Shown here in pieces: positions 24,044 through 38,900 of a DNA stretch of 64,000 nt (positions are counted from its first letter, which is position 1; every line of letters starts with the position of its first letter). The DNA lies in assembly GCA_001179505.1 (NCBI GenBank), contig CDMY01000520.1, forward strand, positions 290,038-354,037, written 5' to 3'. Below the pieces are notes generated by a model. It was not told the origin of the DNA. It ran no database searches and worked only from the letters and a program-made list of their open reading frames with translations. The DNA comes from Vitrella brassicaformis CCMP3155. Its lineage: Eukaryota; Protista; Chromerida. The position numbers were made by a program, and so were the translations under genes.

Positions 24044-27000
24044 TCACTCGTCATCGAGGCGCATCTTCTTCCGCATCTTGGCCTCTTCCTTGCCCTTCAT
24101 GCGATAGTAATCCCGCTTCAACTCCCTCCGCTTGGCTGCACGACGTGCCTCATCCTGTCGACACACACCCACACCACACAGACAGACAGACAGACGCACA
24201 GCCAGAGTGCACGCCGCACCCAACCATCCGGCCAAATATCGCACCCACCTTGGCAGCGAGTTTCTGTTTGAGTAGTCTTTTCCTCTGGCTGGTCTCCTGC
24301 TTGAGTCGCACTCTGTTCTTCTGGATGGTGTGCAGGCGGCCCAGCAAAGTGGCGACGCTCTTCTCGTAGTCAGACAGGCCCACGCGCGTCATTCTCGACA
24401 CCAAATCGGTCTTCCTCTTCTGCTTCTGGTCCAGCTGATGGAACACACACACACACACACACGGATCCACGTGTGAGCGTGTTTCTCTCTCTCACTGACT
24501 GACTGACCTTTGGCTTTGATGCGAATGGCAGGTTCTTCTGCAGCTCCTTGGGTATCTTGAGGGGGTTGAACTTCCTGGGCGGCCGATACGGCTTGGCGCC
24601 GTAGTCGCTGTCGGGCGTGTGGGGGATGGGCACCTGCCGCTCCTGCCGCAGCTCGGCGATGGTCTTCATGCGCCGCCAGCCGCCCTCTTTGCCCTCGGTG
24701 GTGCCGACATCCAGCACGGGGTTGTAGAAGCGCTTCGGCTCAACCTGTCAGTCATGTGGGCGGACACACACACACATACATGTACAGGGAGAGAGGGAGG
24801 GAGAGGGGGGAGGGTCACGTGGCAGTCAGTCACCTTGATCCATGCCTTGCAGATGACGATGTCGCTCATGAGGATGCGGTCCTCGAATGTGGCGCGGAAG
24901 CTGCCCCTGTCGTCCAGCGACTTCTTGATCTGACCGCGAATGCCGCTCACAGTCTGAAGCTTCGCACCTGCATCGCATCAGGGGACACATGCGCAGAAAG
25001 GGAGAGAGAGAGATCGCGATAGGCGGAGCAGTTGCTGTGTGTGCCGTGTGTGTGCCGAATCGAATGCCCGGTCGCGTGACTGACTGACCGATGCACTTGG
25101 AGACTTCGAAGCTGCTGGAGAACATGTTCTTGATGAAGGCCGTGTTTTTGAAGATCTTGTAAGGCTCGCCAACCTGGCATAACACACCACACCACACCAC
25201 AGACCATTCGCCGATCCATCCCCCCACACATTGCACCGCACCAGTTTGAGTTTTTTGACGATTTTGAACTCAGGCGAGGTCTCGAGCACCACCCCAGTGG
25301 CCGACACGCGGAAGTTCACAACGGGGTCCCACCGCCGAATGGCCACCACACCGGTCGACGGCGGGGTGGTGGGCCCGTAGAAGGTGCACGTGCAGTGCAG
25401 GTGCTCCGGTGTGTACTTGAGCATCCGCGTCCTGCACACAGACAGACAGACAGACAGACAGAGACCCAAAGGATGTCAGTGCGACGAAGGAGTGTGGGGT
25501 GTGTGTGTGTATATGTGTACCTAATTCCGTTTCTGTCTTCGATTGCGTAGAGCGGCAGTGATTGGAAGCGCCGCCACCCCATCGACACCAGCAGCACGTC
25601 ATTGGCCTTGAGGATCCGGGGAGCCCACCTGCACACGTCACGTGGCAAGCATCGCATCATACACACGCACACGCGCCTTCACCCTCCCTCGATTCCCCAC
25701 CTGTGTTTCTTGATCTTGACCTGCATCATGCCCAGCCCGCTCTCGCCGGGCAGGATGCCGCCCAGCAGAACTGGCCGGAAGGGGTCCTTCTGCAGGGTCT
25801 CCATCCATGCCGGCGGGATGCCCTCGACGGTCACGCGCACATACGTCCCGATGGCCAGCCCCTGGCCCGTCTCGGACGGCATCCCCACCGCCTCAGAGAT
25901 GAGCGCCTGCCTCTCAGCCCGCTCGCGCCTCTTCTCCTCCTCGGTCTTCTCACCAGTTTCTGCCTCCGCCTGTTCCACCTTCGGCTTTTCCTCGGCGGCT
26001 TGTTTGTCATTATTGGCGGCCTTGTCGTCTTCATCGAGCCCGCCCCCGGTGATGAAGAATGTGGCCTTGAGTGCGGCGAGGGTGGATGGCGTCCAGAGCC
26101 TGTCGATGTGGAGAAGGGACTCGGGGGTGCTGAATGAGAGGGATGGGGAGGGGGCGTCTGAGTGGGTCTCATCTTGGCGGGCGTCGGTGTCGGGCTGCAT
26201 GGTGGGGGCCACAGATGCCACAAAGGCGAGCAGGGGGATCCTGAAATGACAACACGTATGGATGTGACATGGAGCGGGAGTCCTGCTCGTTCCGTGCATT
26301 GCGTACTTGGAACAGTCTGATCCATCCGCCAGTGGCACATCGGGGGGAATGTAGCCGAGAAGGCTGGACGGAGCGCCCTCAGGCACCTGACAAACTCACA
26401 CAATACCCACTCATGCGTGACACTTGAGTCATCCGGCTGCCTGCCCCTGCCCCTGCCCCTGGCCCTTCCTGCCTGTCACACCTTTGCGGCCATCTCCTCT
26501 TCGTCGCTCTCATCGTCTTCGAACAGACTGAGCCGCTGGTGGTCGCTCTCCTCGCGATCGAGGCCATACTGCAGCCCCTGCCACAAGCCGCCCCCTCCAG
26601 ACGCACACGCCTTGTCGACGCCCTGCCTGCCTTTGCGGCCGCCCCAGCTGCGCGAGAGCAGCTCCCATCGCCTCTCGGGTGGGCCATCGCCGCCGTAGAC
26701 GAGCTCGGAGAGGGAGGGGGGACGCTCGAAGCGTAGACGGGCCTGCTCGGCCAGGTCGGGCTCGTCGGCCGCTGCCGGCTCCAGTTGTGCTGGTTCTTCA
26801 TCCTCATCGTCAGGCAGTCCGTTGGCCATGTCGGCATGGTTGTCCTTGTGGTTGTTGGTGTCGAGCTGCCATGACTCGTCTGTCTGCATCATCTCCTGGT
26901 CGATGTCGTCATCGTAGTCGTCGTCATCGAGCTCGGCCTGGATGCGTTGTCGCTCCTTCTCCGACTGGTTGCCGGTCTCCTCGTCGAGTCGAGAGGGGTC

Positions 27001-29747
27001 GAGCTTCTCCTTGATCCGCCGCTGCCGGTCGCTGACCTTCTTGTCGAACAACACGCGACGACGCACACGGCCATCGGCTGACCGACACGCACAAGACAAG
27101 ACCGACACGCAGATGTGTGTTTGGAGGGAAAAGGAGGATGGGGTACCTGCATGCACGGTTGTCTCGGTGGGCTCTTCCTCCTCGTCATCGTCGTCTTCTT
27201 CCATGTCGTCACTGTCGACGTCATCTTGGTCGTGGTTGATGAGTCGTGATGACCTAGGCAGCAGCTGCAGCTTCTGGCTGCGGACGGCCTCGTCCAGCTT
27301 GCTCTCAGCAACCTGATTGATGAGTGAGAGAGGAGAGGATGGGGACATGCAGTTTCGCATCCATGCTGTTGATGGATGCCTCTTGTGTTCGGCAATTGAC
27401 CTGCAGGTTTCGGACGAGCGCGACGGCCTCAGGGAGGTCCTCCTCCTCGACCACACTGCATGGAGCACAGCACCACACACACACACACACGCATCCATCC
27501 ATCCATCCGCTCGTGTGTGAGTGTTGGTGCGCATTCTGCCGCCACTGACTCGTCAGGTTCTCCATTCTCGTCTTCCTCCTCCTCCTCCTCGTCGCTGTCC
27601 CCATCGCTCTCCTCGTCCTGGTCCTCGTCTTCTTTGTCTTTACTGCCCGACGTGCCCGCCTGAAGCGCATCGGCGCGAGTGAAGGCCACCTTGTGGTCGG
27701 GCAGCTTGATGTACATGGCGTCGGCGTCGAATGCGACGGTGCCGACGTCACAGCCGGGGGCGTAGATGGACCGGTGCCTGGCCTTCAGGGTCCGCATCGT
27801 ACGGCTGCCGACCTCGCCCTTCTTGCCATCCTTCCGCACCCTGACCAGAAAACCAGCAGCACGACACACACAGAGGGTTCCTTCCAGCTGTCTGCTGCGT
27901 GTGCCGCAGAGAGCTGGGTCACCTGTTGTCCTCTGGTGGCTGGCACGGGTCAAGGCTCTCCGTGATGTTGGTTATCGGGAAGTCACCAGCTCCAGGAATG
28001 TGCACCTGACAACCACACATCCATCCATCCATCACACATTCGGTGACGTGACACCAGCCTGGCCCCGTGAGCAACTGTGCTGTCTGATCTGACTGACCAT
28101 TTGTCCCTCTCTGAATCTAGCGCCCTTGATGTAGCCATAGAACCAGGCAGTGCGGTCGTGTGTGGGCGGTAGGTGAGGTGGGGTCTGCTCCTCGAAGCGC
28201 AGTGACAGCAGGTAGGGGTGGGCCGACCGCCATGAGAGGGGCGCGAACTTCTGCACCGCGACGAAACGGGCCAGGTTGGCGATCTGACGCATGCAATGGA
28301 ATGGGATGGGACAACAAGGCCACGTCGATTTCCTTCATGTGTGGTGTGTGGTGTGTGGTGTGTGGTGTGTGGTGGGCTCGGGCCGACCTCTGTTTTGTTG
28401 TATCTGCCGTACTGCAGGCCGCTGAGGTAGAAGAGCTTAGCACCGTCGTAGATCTCTGTCCAAAACCTGCAGAGGCGTGAGATGGTCTGCTGCTCTGATT
28501 CCCTCCCGCCCTTTCTGTCCTGCGTGCACACAAGACCTACCTGTTTTTCATTTTTTTTTTGGTCTTGCGCAGCCTCTTGTTGTCCTGAAAGGAGTCGAGG
28601 TGGGTCAATACGCCTGATTGATGAGATGAGCCATGGACAGGCAACAGGGCAGGAATCCATCCACCACACCACGATGGCATAGGGGTGTCTGTCATGTGAC
28701 CCACCCCCCACCTAGAATCCGTGGGAAGCCGTGGACTTGTAGGAGGTTGAGGAACTCAAAGGTCTCCATCTCAAAACTGCAACACACACACACACACACA
28801 CAGAGAGAGAGAGACACATCCATGCATTGCGTGCAGTCATGGCGCGGCATGGTATACTGTACGCCAGCCATCCCATCCGCCCGGCTGTTCGTACCCGAAG
28901 CTTGCGTCGATCATCAGCAGCACGAGGTCGGCGATCTTGGCTGCACCACAACATCAACACACACACACACAGACACAGAGAGAGAGATGGGCTGCGTGTG
29001 ATGTTTGCGGTCTGTACTGTATATGTCTGTTGGCTGCCTACCTACCCAGGTCTAGCATGGTGTGCATGTCCTTGGGACACTCCACAAAGGTCAACCGACG
29101 ACTCTTGCCTGACAGACACACGAATCAACGCAAAGGTCTAGATAGCTCCGCGTGTCGTCTATAGCCACCCACCCATCTCTGTGTGTTTCGCTTACTGGAC
29201 ACGAGCGTGACGGGACCCCGCACATCGCTGAGGGAGTGCTTGCAGTAGTGCTTCACCAGTGAACGGATCAGCGTCGTCTTGCCAACCTGACCACACCACA
29301 CCACACCACACCCCCGCAGAACAATCAGCCAGCCGGTCAGCCAGTCGGCCCAGCACACCACACATACCCTCCCTGTATGTGTGTCACCCACCTTTGGCGG
29401 TCCCTGAACGACCACGATGAATGGCGGGGGGACGTCAGGTGTCTTGTCGATCACCTCCGCTTTCTCCCGCTTGGCCTGCAACTCGAGCGACCGCTGGACT
29501 GTCCGACGGACACTCGTGGCACCGCCAGAAAAACTAAACGCCTGACGGACAGACACACGCACACACGGATGCACCCATACACGGAAAGTTTTGGCAAATG
29601 CTTCCATCTCGTATGGATTGTGCAGCTGACCCTTGGGTTGTGTCTGTCGGCGCTTTTGAGGTCCTTCTCCTTCTTCTCGCGCTTGACCTTGGCGCCGCCA
29701 CTCTTGGGCTTGTGCTGCTTCTTCGCCTTCGCCTCACCGGAATCCAT
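24044..29747 (-). CDS. BMS1: Ribosome biogenesis GTPase BMS1, many exons
   Basis: [131 protein letters not shown] and [21 protein letters not shown]. Confidence 0.97.
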
Positions 29748-29960
29748 CCCTCTCTGCGAGATCTTGATCTGCCTTATGAACCAATGCGCTCAGCCTACAT
29801 TCAGAGCCGGAAAAAGAAAGGCACTCCTCTGCGGCTTCTCCTCTTTAAGCTCGCAGTATGTGAGCTTAGCTTTGGCGATCTTGCGGCCCCAATCGCATTT
29901 CTGCGCGTTTCTCGTGTGTTCAGGCGAAAGAAGCAACGACAAGGTAACGGAAAGAGTCAT
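29748..29960. promoter_or_regulatory. Putative bidirectional promoter between BMS1 and the giant coiled-coil gene
   Basis: 213 bp between divergent ATGs; contains TAAGCTCGCAGT (AAGCTCGCA at 29847-29855). Confidence 0.5.
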
Positions 29961-32900
29961 ATGGACTCCCGGGAGCGGCCCCGCCGGCTGCAGCGAGGGG
30001 GGAATGCGACTGAGGAGGACCGGCCGCTCAAAGCCATTGTGGACGAGAGGTCATCGGCGCTGCAGGGGTTCGTGGAGATCACGCGACGAGAAGTGATCCG
30101 GCTGTTGAACTTCACGGTCAAGAACCGGCTGATCAAGACATACGGGGAGGACAAACTGCGGCAGATAGACCAGGACATCGCCTGCGCACTCGACGGGATC
30201 TTCGAGGGACTCAATGCATACGCTGATGTCACGCTGCGGGTGCTCACCGACAAGCTGCCACACACGGCACTCGCCAGCCTCCCGCCTCCTCCCGTTCCGA
30301 GACCACCGTCACCCCCACAATTGGCCAAGGAGCAGAGGGCAGCCGATATTGCGGTTGAGAGGGAGAGGGAGAGGGAGAGGGAGAGGGAGAGGGAGAGGAA
30401 GAAGACACGGCTGCCAGAAGGCACCAAGGTGCGCTATCGCGACTCGCAGGCCTCCCCCGTGCCGCCAGCCTCCCCGGTCCCACCGATGTCACCTCCCCCG
30501 CCACAAGACGAGCAAGAGAAGGGCGAAGAGCCGCAGGCTATTGAGCAGCCAGAGGCTGGTGCCCCTCCGCCAGAGACCAGCAAGCCTCCCTCGGCTGCAA
30601 CGGAGAGCGCTGACAAGGGTATCGTCGGGATGGAGGGCATGAACGTAGAAGGGCTGATTTTGGAGAGGGGGCTGTATCGCGCCCAGTTGCAGCAGTGTGT
30701 GGAGCAGATACGGTCGCTGCAGGAGCAGTGCGCCGGATCTGAGAAGAAACTGCAGGCACAGCTGCTCACCTTTCGCGAGACGAGGCGGGCCTATTACAAG
30801 GACCTGCAGCAGCTGAAAGAGAGACTCGGATGGAGGTCCGCTGGAGGCATCGGGTTGTGGTTGCATCTGTTTGTGCATGATTTTTGGTCGTGGATTTGTG
30901 TGCAGGGCGGGGACGACTGCGGAAGGCGTGATGGAGGGTGAAGTGCAGTTTTTCGATCCCTCAATGCACATGGACCCTGAGGCAAAACGCATCATCAAAG
31001 AGAAGGTGCTCACGCAAGGGAGACACGAACCAAAGGATATGTCTCTCTCTTTGTATCCGTCTGCAGCTGGCAGAGATCAACGATACGTTTGAGGCCGAGA
31101 AGAACCGTCTTCTGCAGAAGATCCACAAGCTTCGCGAAAACCTGGAGAGCAAGACGGCCCTCTACCATGAGTCTGAAGACAAAGCCCACCGCTACCGCCT
31201 GCAGCTCAAGACCCTCACACACGCTATGCGCAAGAAGCTCGGGACCGCCCCACCCAGGATTGCCGGCGAGGAGGCGGGCGGTTCCGGTGACACACTCGAC
31301 AGGGGCGACCTCGATGAGGCGCGAAGTGTGGACCATGACTCGGTGGATGACGCTGTCAAGCTGCAGAGGATGATGACGGCGACGTCGATTCCCGACGTGG
31401 ATCATGTCTCGCAGGAAGCGGTCGCCGGCATCGACAGGCACAAAGCACTTGACGCCCTCACAAGGGTAGACATACAGACATGGATGTACACGCATGGACT
31501 CACCTGCATGGCCGTACGGCCGTTCAGATCTTTGAGTTCTTCCGGCGACAGGAGGAATACATATCCAAGATCCCCGACATCATGGACAAGGAGGCGGAGA
31601 GCCTCATACAGCAGCAGAAACAACAGGACGCTGAGGGCCAGGACAAACCCAAAAAGGAAAAGGGAAAGACAGGTATCAAGAGCGATGATTCATCCACATA
31701 CCCAACAGCCGTTTATGCGCTTGTGCGCCCTCTGCTGTGTCTCTGTCTTGGTCCAGCTCATGCCGCTCTGTCAGCCAAGGTCAAGGAGCTTCGCCACAGC
31801 ATGGCGCCGACCTTCGTGGCCGCCCGCCAATTCGTGACACGGGCCGCCAACGAGGTGCAGTCACTGGCAGGTCTGATGAAGCTGCAGCTGCCGACCGTCG
31901 AGGGACAGCAAGAGCAAGAGGGCGAAGCACCGGCACCAGCAGGTGACCCCGGGCTTGTGAGGATGCAACAAGCTGCCAAGCTAGCGGTTGATGAGGCCAT
32001 GATCGGGGCACAAAGGTAGCTGGGTAGTGAGGCACGGAGACATGACGTCTGTGTGGGTCATTTTCTCCTGTTGCTGTGTGCTCCTCTGTCTGCCTGCAGG
32101 GAATTCGACATATTTCAGCTGCGTATCGTGGAAGAATCAAAAGAGACCAAGAGAAGCGAGGCGGAGTTGCGCAAGAACAAGGCCGAGATGGAACAGAAAC
32201 TCACTACCATGCAACGCGAACTGGACAACGTGCGTACTACACACACACGCACACCACACAAAGCCGCTGGAACATACGCGCACCACCTATCTATCTCTCT
32301 CTCTCGCTCTCTCTCTGGTCCTTGTGTATGCAGGTGACGGGTCAGTTGTCTCAGGCCCAGGACGAGAATATCCGCCTGACAGCCGCCATGGACAACGAGC
32401 GAGAGGTGCTGGAGCAGCTCAGAGGACAGCTGGTCGTCCTCAAAGCACAAGCAGCAGCCAAAACTGCAACCAAGGTGCATTGGCCGACCAAGACGGGAAG
32501 ACATTGCTTACGCACACATTCACCCTTGCTTGCTCCATGACGATTAGGGCCACCACATGGGCACGTCACCCGAGCCAATGAAGGCAGAAGGGGTGGGCGT
32601 GGGGATCGGTGACGACGAGCAACTGCCCATTGACACTGGTGAAGCCCTTCAGCCGCCTCCCACACCCGCTGCACAGCCTACTGGTCTCTCGTCTGAAACA
32701 CGCCACTCATCCACCCATCTCAACGAGGTTGGTATGGTATGCACCCGTCTGTTTGTGTAGGTGAGAAGTCTGTGTGGGAGGACACCAAGGCTGTGCTGCA
32801 GCAGCGGATCAGTCAGGAGGCGGGCACGTCCATGGAGGACCAGCCGCCGCCCGAGCCGCCAGCACACGTCTCAGGGCACCCTGCCTTTCAGGGCGAGGGA

Positions 32901-35900
32901 CCGGCGAATATCGGCCTACGCGCAGTACGCAAGAGTGACTGACACAAGCCACGCACCGGCTGTATGTATCATATTGGCTGCGTGTTTTGTTTGTGTGATG
33001 TGCAGCCTAATGTCACGCTGGATGAGTTCATCCCCGAGATAGCTCGGAAGCTGGCAAGAGCCAGCGGCATTGGAGTGAGAAGACGACAATGCGAGTAAAT
33101 GCATACTCACCTCTTGCTTGTCTGCTTTGATGTCCAACCACAGGAGATCGCTACAGTGCTCAACATCGAGTCTCTGGGCCGCGATCTCAAGTACCTGGTG
33201 CGCCGGGAGGCCGAGAAGATGGCCGGGAGTCAGCTGGCTGCTTTAGAGGAGGAGCATCGCAAGCGGCTCGAGTTTGAGAGCAAACGATCGGAAGACCTCA
33301 GGCAACAACTGGTACACACACACATACAGTCCATTGACACAGGCAGACAAGCAGACACACGGGCGTGAAACGGTCGTGTGCTGTTAGGCTGAGGCGTTGA
33401 CGAAGCGCAAGTCGGTAGCCAAGGCCAAGACGATGTCGGAGGAAGAAGAGGAACCAGAAGAGCCGGTGGGGTTAGAAGGCTCTGAGCTCCCCGTCGATGA
33501 AGAGGAGACGGATCAGCCGTCAGCTGAAGCAAAGGCGGAAGAGTCAGCCAAGGACGGCCAGGTGGTACTCATCCCTCCTGACAAGCCGACACAGCAGGCC
33601 ATGCACTTGCGATTAGATAAGTCTGAGGTAAGCAAACACCGGCTCACCCACATCAAGCCGCTTTGAGTTTGGTTGCCTGCCCGTGCCGCAGCTGGAGTTG
33701 CAGGAGATGCGCGAGCACCTAAGATACTATGGCCGAATCGAGGCCGTTCTCAAGACGGCCTGGAACATATCGAGACAAGTGATCGCCAGGCTGGTTACCG
33801 CGCTCATCCAGGACTTCGGTGGCATCGACTCGAGCGCTGCCAAAGTGCCGCCGATCATGCTGCAAGTCGACCCACCCACCATCGATGTACGCACGCTACA
33901 AGCCAGCAAGCACAGACATCGCTTTGCTCTTGTCCTGTTCTGGTCTGTACTGCAGGAGCTGAGTGACGCGTGGGAGGGCTTGAAGCAGCACTTTGAGGGT
34001 ACAGACTTCGAGCTGACGTGGTTTGCCAACGAAGCACGCAAGAAGCTGGCAGACATCCAGGAACGGGCCACGATAGGTGCGGTCCGGCTCTTCGGTGTCC
34101 GGAAGTACCTCCGCAGCTTCACCGAGCACCTGGCGGGGGCACAGGACGAGGAGGGTCTCGTCGGACTGGACGAGGACCAAGACACCAGCCCATCGGTCCA
34201 CCCCGACAGGCAGAGGGCCGACACGGACAGCGCCACGGGAAGCATCCTGCTCTCAGATGAGGTAACAAACAAGACACGCAAGTGTGCAGATACGTGGGCG
34301 TCTTGTGTTCCATCCACATACACGCAGCTCCTGATGGATATCATAGAGGGCCGTCAGCGGCTGGATGGCGTTGATGCCAACACGCGGAAGGAGATTGCCC
34401 GTATCCTTCGCGCCCGGCAGCTCAAGGGCCAGGCGGAGGGCAACGAGCTACTCACCCTTGCGTCCAAGAGCGAGTCCCTCCTCATGACTGTCGATGCTGC
34501 TGCGGACAGATTCAGGGCATCACTGAGGAGGAGGAAGCAAAAGGTGATAAGGAGGAGTGTGTATGAGAACGCCAACACTAGACACATACAGAGTTATTTT
34601 TTTCCTCATCAGGGCCTGGTGCTGCCTGCTCCTGGCGCTAGTCAAGCGAGCATAGTGGATATCGAGGCGACGCCCACACTGCTTGGGAGGGAAGAGAGCC
34701 TTGAGGAAGAGGACAAGGAGGGGCCTACCGCACCATCGGCAGAGGTCTATGCCGAGACCAAACGCGCATATCATCAAGTAGGTGCCTCAACTACCTGAGC
34801 GGACTGGGTCATGAGACGCCATCGATCACTTGGGGTTGTGTCTCTCAGGCCTTCTTGATTCTGCCCGACGGTGCCGCCGAGGACTTCATGTCGTACCTGC
34901 CTATGCACACCATAGAGCCGACGGATGACAGCGATGAGGGCATTATGCCGCCGCACAGGGAGGCGGGGGGAGACGTCATGCCAGAAGAGGTATGGAGGCG
35001 ATTGACTCGCCACTCCCATCTGTGTTGTGTGTGCTCTACTGCGAACCAATGAACAGCTGGGAGCCCCTCCGGTCCATCTGCTGACTCAGTGGCACAGTGA
35101 GACGGCCGCTCAGCACGTGGAGCTACCAGATGACGAGCCGACGGAGGTAAGTTTGCCGCCGCTGCAGAGCCCACAGCCTCCGTCCATGGACGCGAAAGCG
35201 CCTCGAGAAGACAGGCTTCTCGAACAAATGAGGATCCTGTCGGTAAGTGCACGGAGACATGTGACGTGCCGGCAGTCACTGCAAGTCGCTTCGGATGCTT
35301 TCTAAGGAGGAGAACCGTTTGCTGAAGGAGCAACGACTGGCAATGCTGCGACGATACAGCAGCAAGTAAGCAGAGGACACGTGCCGCATCACCCTTTCAC
35401 CGACTACACATCCTTCCACTGTTGCGTCGTGTCGCGGCCAGGCAACCGACAGCTGAGGAGGCAGAAGCAATTCGCCGCCTTGTCGACGACCTGCAGGCAG
35501 CCCAACCCGGCGAATCCGTAGAGAGCCTCTCGGACGCTGTCAAGTCGCCGGAGCTAGCCGGCGCTGCCGCCAGGCCCCTCCGCGCCATGAGCTCTCTAAG
35601 CGACATATCAGATTTCTTCCAGCAGACACCTGCCGTCCAATTCATCATCGAGGGCAGCAAGAAGAAAACGAAAGACAAGAAGAAGAAAGAGGACAAGGAC
35701 CGGGGGGAGAAAGAGGAGAAGACGCCTTCCTCCTCATCAATGGCATCTTCTCGGCGTGGGACGCCATCTCCCGCGCCGTCTCCCTCTGCGCCCAAAGGGA
35801 AGGACAGGGACAAAAGGCCGACGAAGCCCAAGGTCAGCCCGACTGCCAAGGAGAAAGAGGAGAGGCAGAAAGAACGGGCAAAGGAAAAGGAGAAGGAGCC

Positions 35901-38900
35901 GTCCGAGAAAGGCAAGGCGCGTCGCGAGAAGGACAAGGAACGGGGGAAGGACAAGAAGGAGAAACCGCGCCCGGACTGGAAGTATGGTGCACCACGTGAT
36001 GGTAGGTCTGGATTAATTAACACACATGAACCGACCAAGCTCGACCTCGCTGCGTCTTCCTGCGTGTCCTGCAGGTGCTGATAGCACCACCCCCAAGCCC
36101 ATATCGAAGAAGCCTGCTCGTGAGAAATTGGAGCGCAGCAACACGCAACACAGTCTTGCGGAAGCTGCCGGCACAGTCCCATCATCAGAACGCCGTGAGA
36201 GCATAGCACTACGACAGCAACTGACCGGCAAGATGGACAAGGCTGAAATCAAGGCCAAGCAGAAGAAGCTCCTCCACTCGCCAGGAAAGGCAAGGAAACC
36301 TGCACCAGCGAAACCGGCGGGTGAAGGTGAGGAGCCTCCAATCGGACTGCTGGATGAGGCGGACTTGATGGAGGAGGAGTCGAGGCCGCCGTCGAGGATG
36401 TGGTCGTTTCCAGAGGAGGCCGTCTTGAGGCCTGAAGAGGAGGAAGGCGAGGGCGAGGGGGAGGACATCGAAGTAGAGTCGCCGAGTGCCACACCGATGG
36501 AGAGGACGCCCATGTCTGCGTCATCTCAATCGCCCATCTTGACCCCTGCGTCGCCAGTGCCCGACCATGCCGATCAGGAGTGTCAGACGGATCTTCTCGG
36601 CTCCGACCTGCCCTTCGCCCCTCAAGCTGAGGCCCCCGCTGAGGTACCGTCTCCTCCATTGATGCCCACCCGGATGGACGGCCTGACCTTCGACATGATT
36701 GCGCGGCAAGTTGCTGGCTTCATCCAAGAGACAACGGCTGCCATTTCAAAGCAGGCGTCACGGGTGCTCAGCGACACGTCCCTTGCTAAGAGCCCCAAGC
36801 TGCCAAGGCCGGATCATCATCCGCCCTCACCCCTGCCGGAACAAGAGAGCCCCCCCGCTGTCTCGCCACGTGTATCGTCTGCACGCCACGACGTGGGAAG
36901 GCCTGACACTGTCAGCGAGGCGGGGGAGTCCGAATACGTGACGGGCGAGCCAGCGAGAGTAGCATTTATGGTTACACCACACAAGGAGGAGGAGCGAGAA
37001 GTACCTGAAGCGGCAGAGCTGGAGTCCATCGTTAAGGGCGCGCTGGCCCGGTATGTGATGGTCCCGATGGAGGTGAGCAGTATCGGCGTCAACACGGATG
37101 ACAGCAGGGGGGCTGATTGGGAGAAGGCGACGCCCACCAAGTTGCTGTCGCCGGAAGAGCAGACACCGACAGGAAGAGAGAAGAAGAAAGTCAGCGTCCA
37201 GTTTGACACCACCAGCTTGAGCGGAGAGGACCTTGCACTCGGGGGCGCGCAGCTGAGTCTTCCGATGCCGAGCGAGGAGATAATTGCGAGATACAAGGAG
37301 GCGTGGCTGCTGCAAGAGAGGATGAACCGGCCCGCACTGCCGTCACGAGCCACCCAGACCGAGATTCTGTGGGGTGAGATGATCAATCGAGTTGTCGATA
37401 GTGTCACCAAGTACCTCACCAAGATGCAAGTTGAGGGCGTCCCCATCAAAGTAAGACAGTTGAACAAAAACCTGCAGTCAATGCACACTCCGTGTCAATG
37501 TCTCCTCTCTCTCAGCCGGGAGACACGATTGACGTCCTGGGCGTGAAGATCAACTCCAAAGCCCTCCGCGAGTCCGTCGACCAGGCCTTCCACCCACCTG
37601 CAGTGCCCGCCGGGGCCGGAGGCACGAAGGGGCGCACCATATCCCGCAAGCTCCCCGCCTCCCCACCCTCACTCGCCTTTGCGCATGAGCAGTGGGAGAA
37701 GGACCGCAAAAGAATGGAGAAACGGTTCCCGGTCCTCGGCTCGCCCCCCATGCCCACGCCCCGTGCTCCCTCCGAGGGGCCGCCTGAATACGCACTGGGC
37801 AGGTCAATTGGCAGCGGCGATAAGGCGGCCGCGAGGTCGTCCATTGTGCTGGACAGGAAGCAGAGCATGAGTGTAGTGGACTTGGAGATGGAAGATGTGG
37901 CGCCCGAGCCCGACGAAGGCGCCAAGCGGGATAGCATCGTGGTGAGCAGTGAAGCAGAGAAGAAAGATACGTATGCAAATCGACTTGCCCCACCTGCATG
38001 TGGTCATCAGGTGGATGCGCGACACGGCCTCGGTGGTCGCCGCGACCCCTACAAGATGCAGCGCCTTAGGGCCAAGGTGGGCGCCCTTCCCAGGAAGCGC
38101 AGACACGGCCGACGAGCCAGGCGCAGACGTCGCAAGAGGGGCATCTACGACGACATTGGCGAGAGCGACGAATCGGAGGAGAGTGTCTCGGAGACAGAGG
38201 AGGCCACAACCACCACCGAAGAGGAGGGACTCGGAGGCTGGGGGTCGCTCGCTCTTACGGGGCAACAGCCTAAAGGCAAGCCCAAGACCAACGCGGTAAA
38301 GTATTTCGGCCGCGAGAAGGTCAAAAAGGATGCTCTGCCGGACAAGTCGTACAAGCGGCGGCTTCAGGCCCTGAAGCGACTGAGGATATGGAACGACCTA
38401 TGGGCGGCACATCTGTGGCGGCTCGGAAGCGTCGCAGACGACGCCACAACCAACGAACTTAGTTATGAGGACTTTAGCAGAGTGAGCCATACACAGAGCA
38501 TCATAAGCATGCATGGGCGCGCCACTTTTCCCCTGACCTCTTTCTGTCTGTCTTTCAGTGGTTCTCTCGGGAGCTGCGAATCCCCGGCGTAGAGGGCGGC
38601 GGCCGTGCTCTCGCCGAGTACGAGGCGGAGCCGCCTACCCCTGTCACCCCCCTGTCCCTCGACCGCCTGCAGCAGTTGGCCCGCAAAGCCATGCTTCAAC
38701 TGGCGTGGACGCGGTGGCAACGACCCACACCATCCACTCCCCCGCAGACACAGCGAGACATGGGGGGCACCGAGGTGCTGCTGGTGAATGCACTCCGCAA
38801 GGGGGCTGAGGGCAAGCGACAGCCGGCGGCAGCGGTCAAAAAAGAGGCGAGGCTGAAGGGCATGAGTGTGCCACCAAGGGAAACTGGCGTTAAAGAGGAG

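Noticed and set aside
29598-29960. 5' extension of the 447-aa ORF overlapping BMS1 in antisense
   Set aside because: Open frame running through the BMS1 first exon and spacer; the coding-like part starts at ATG 29961.
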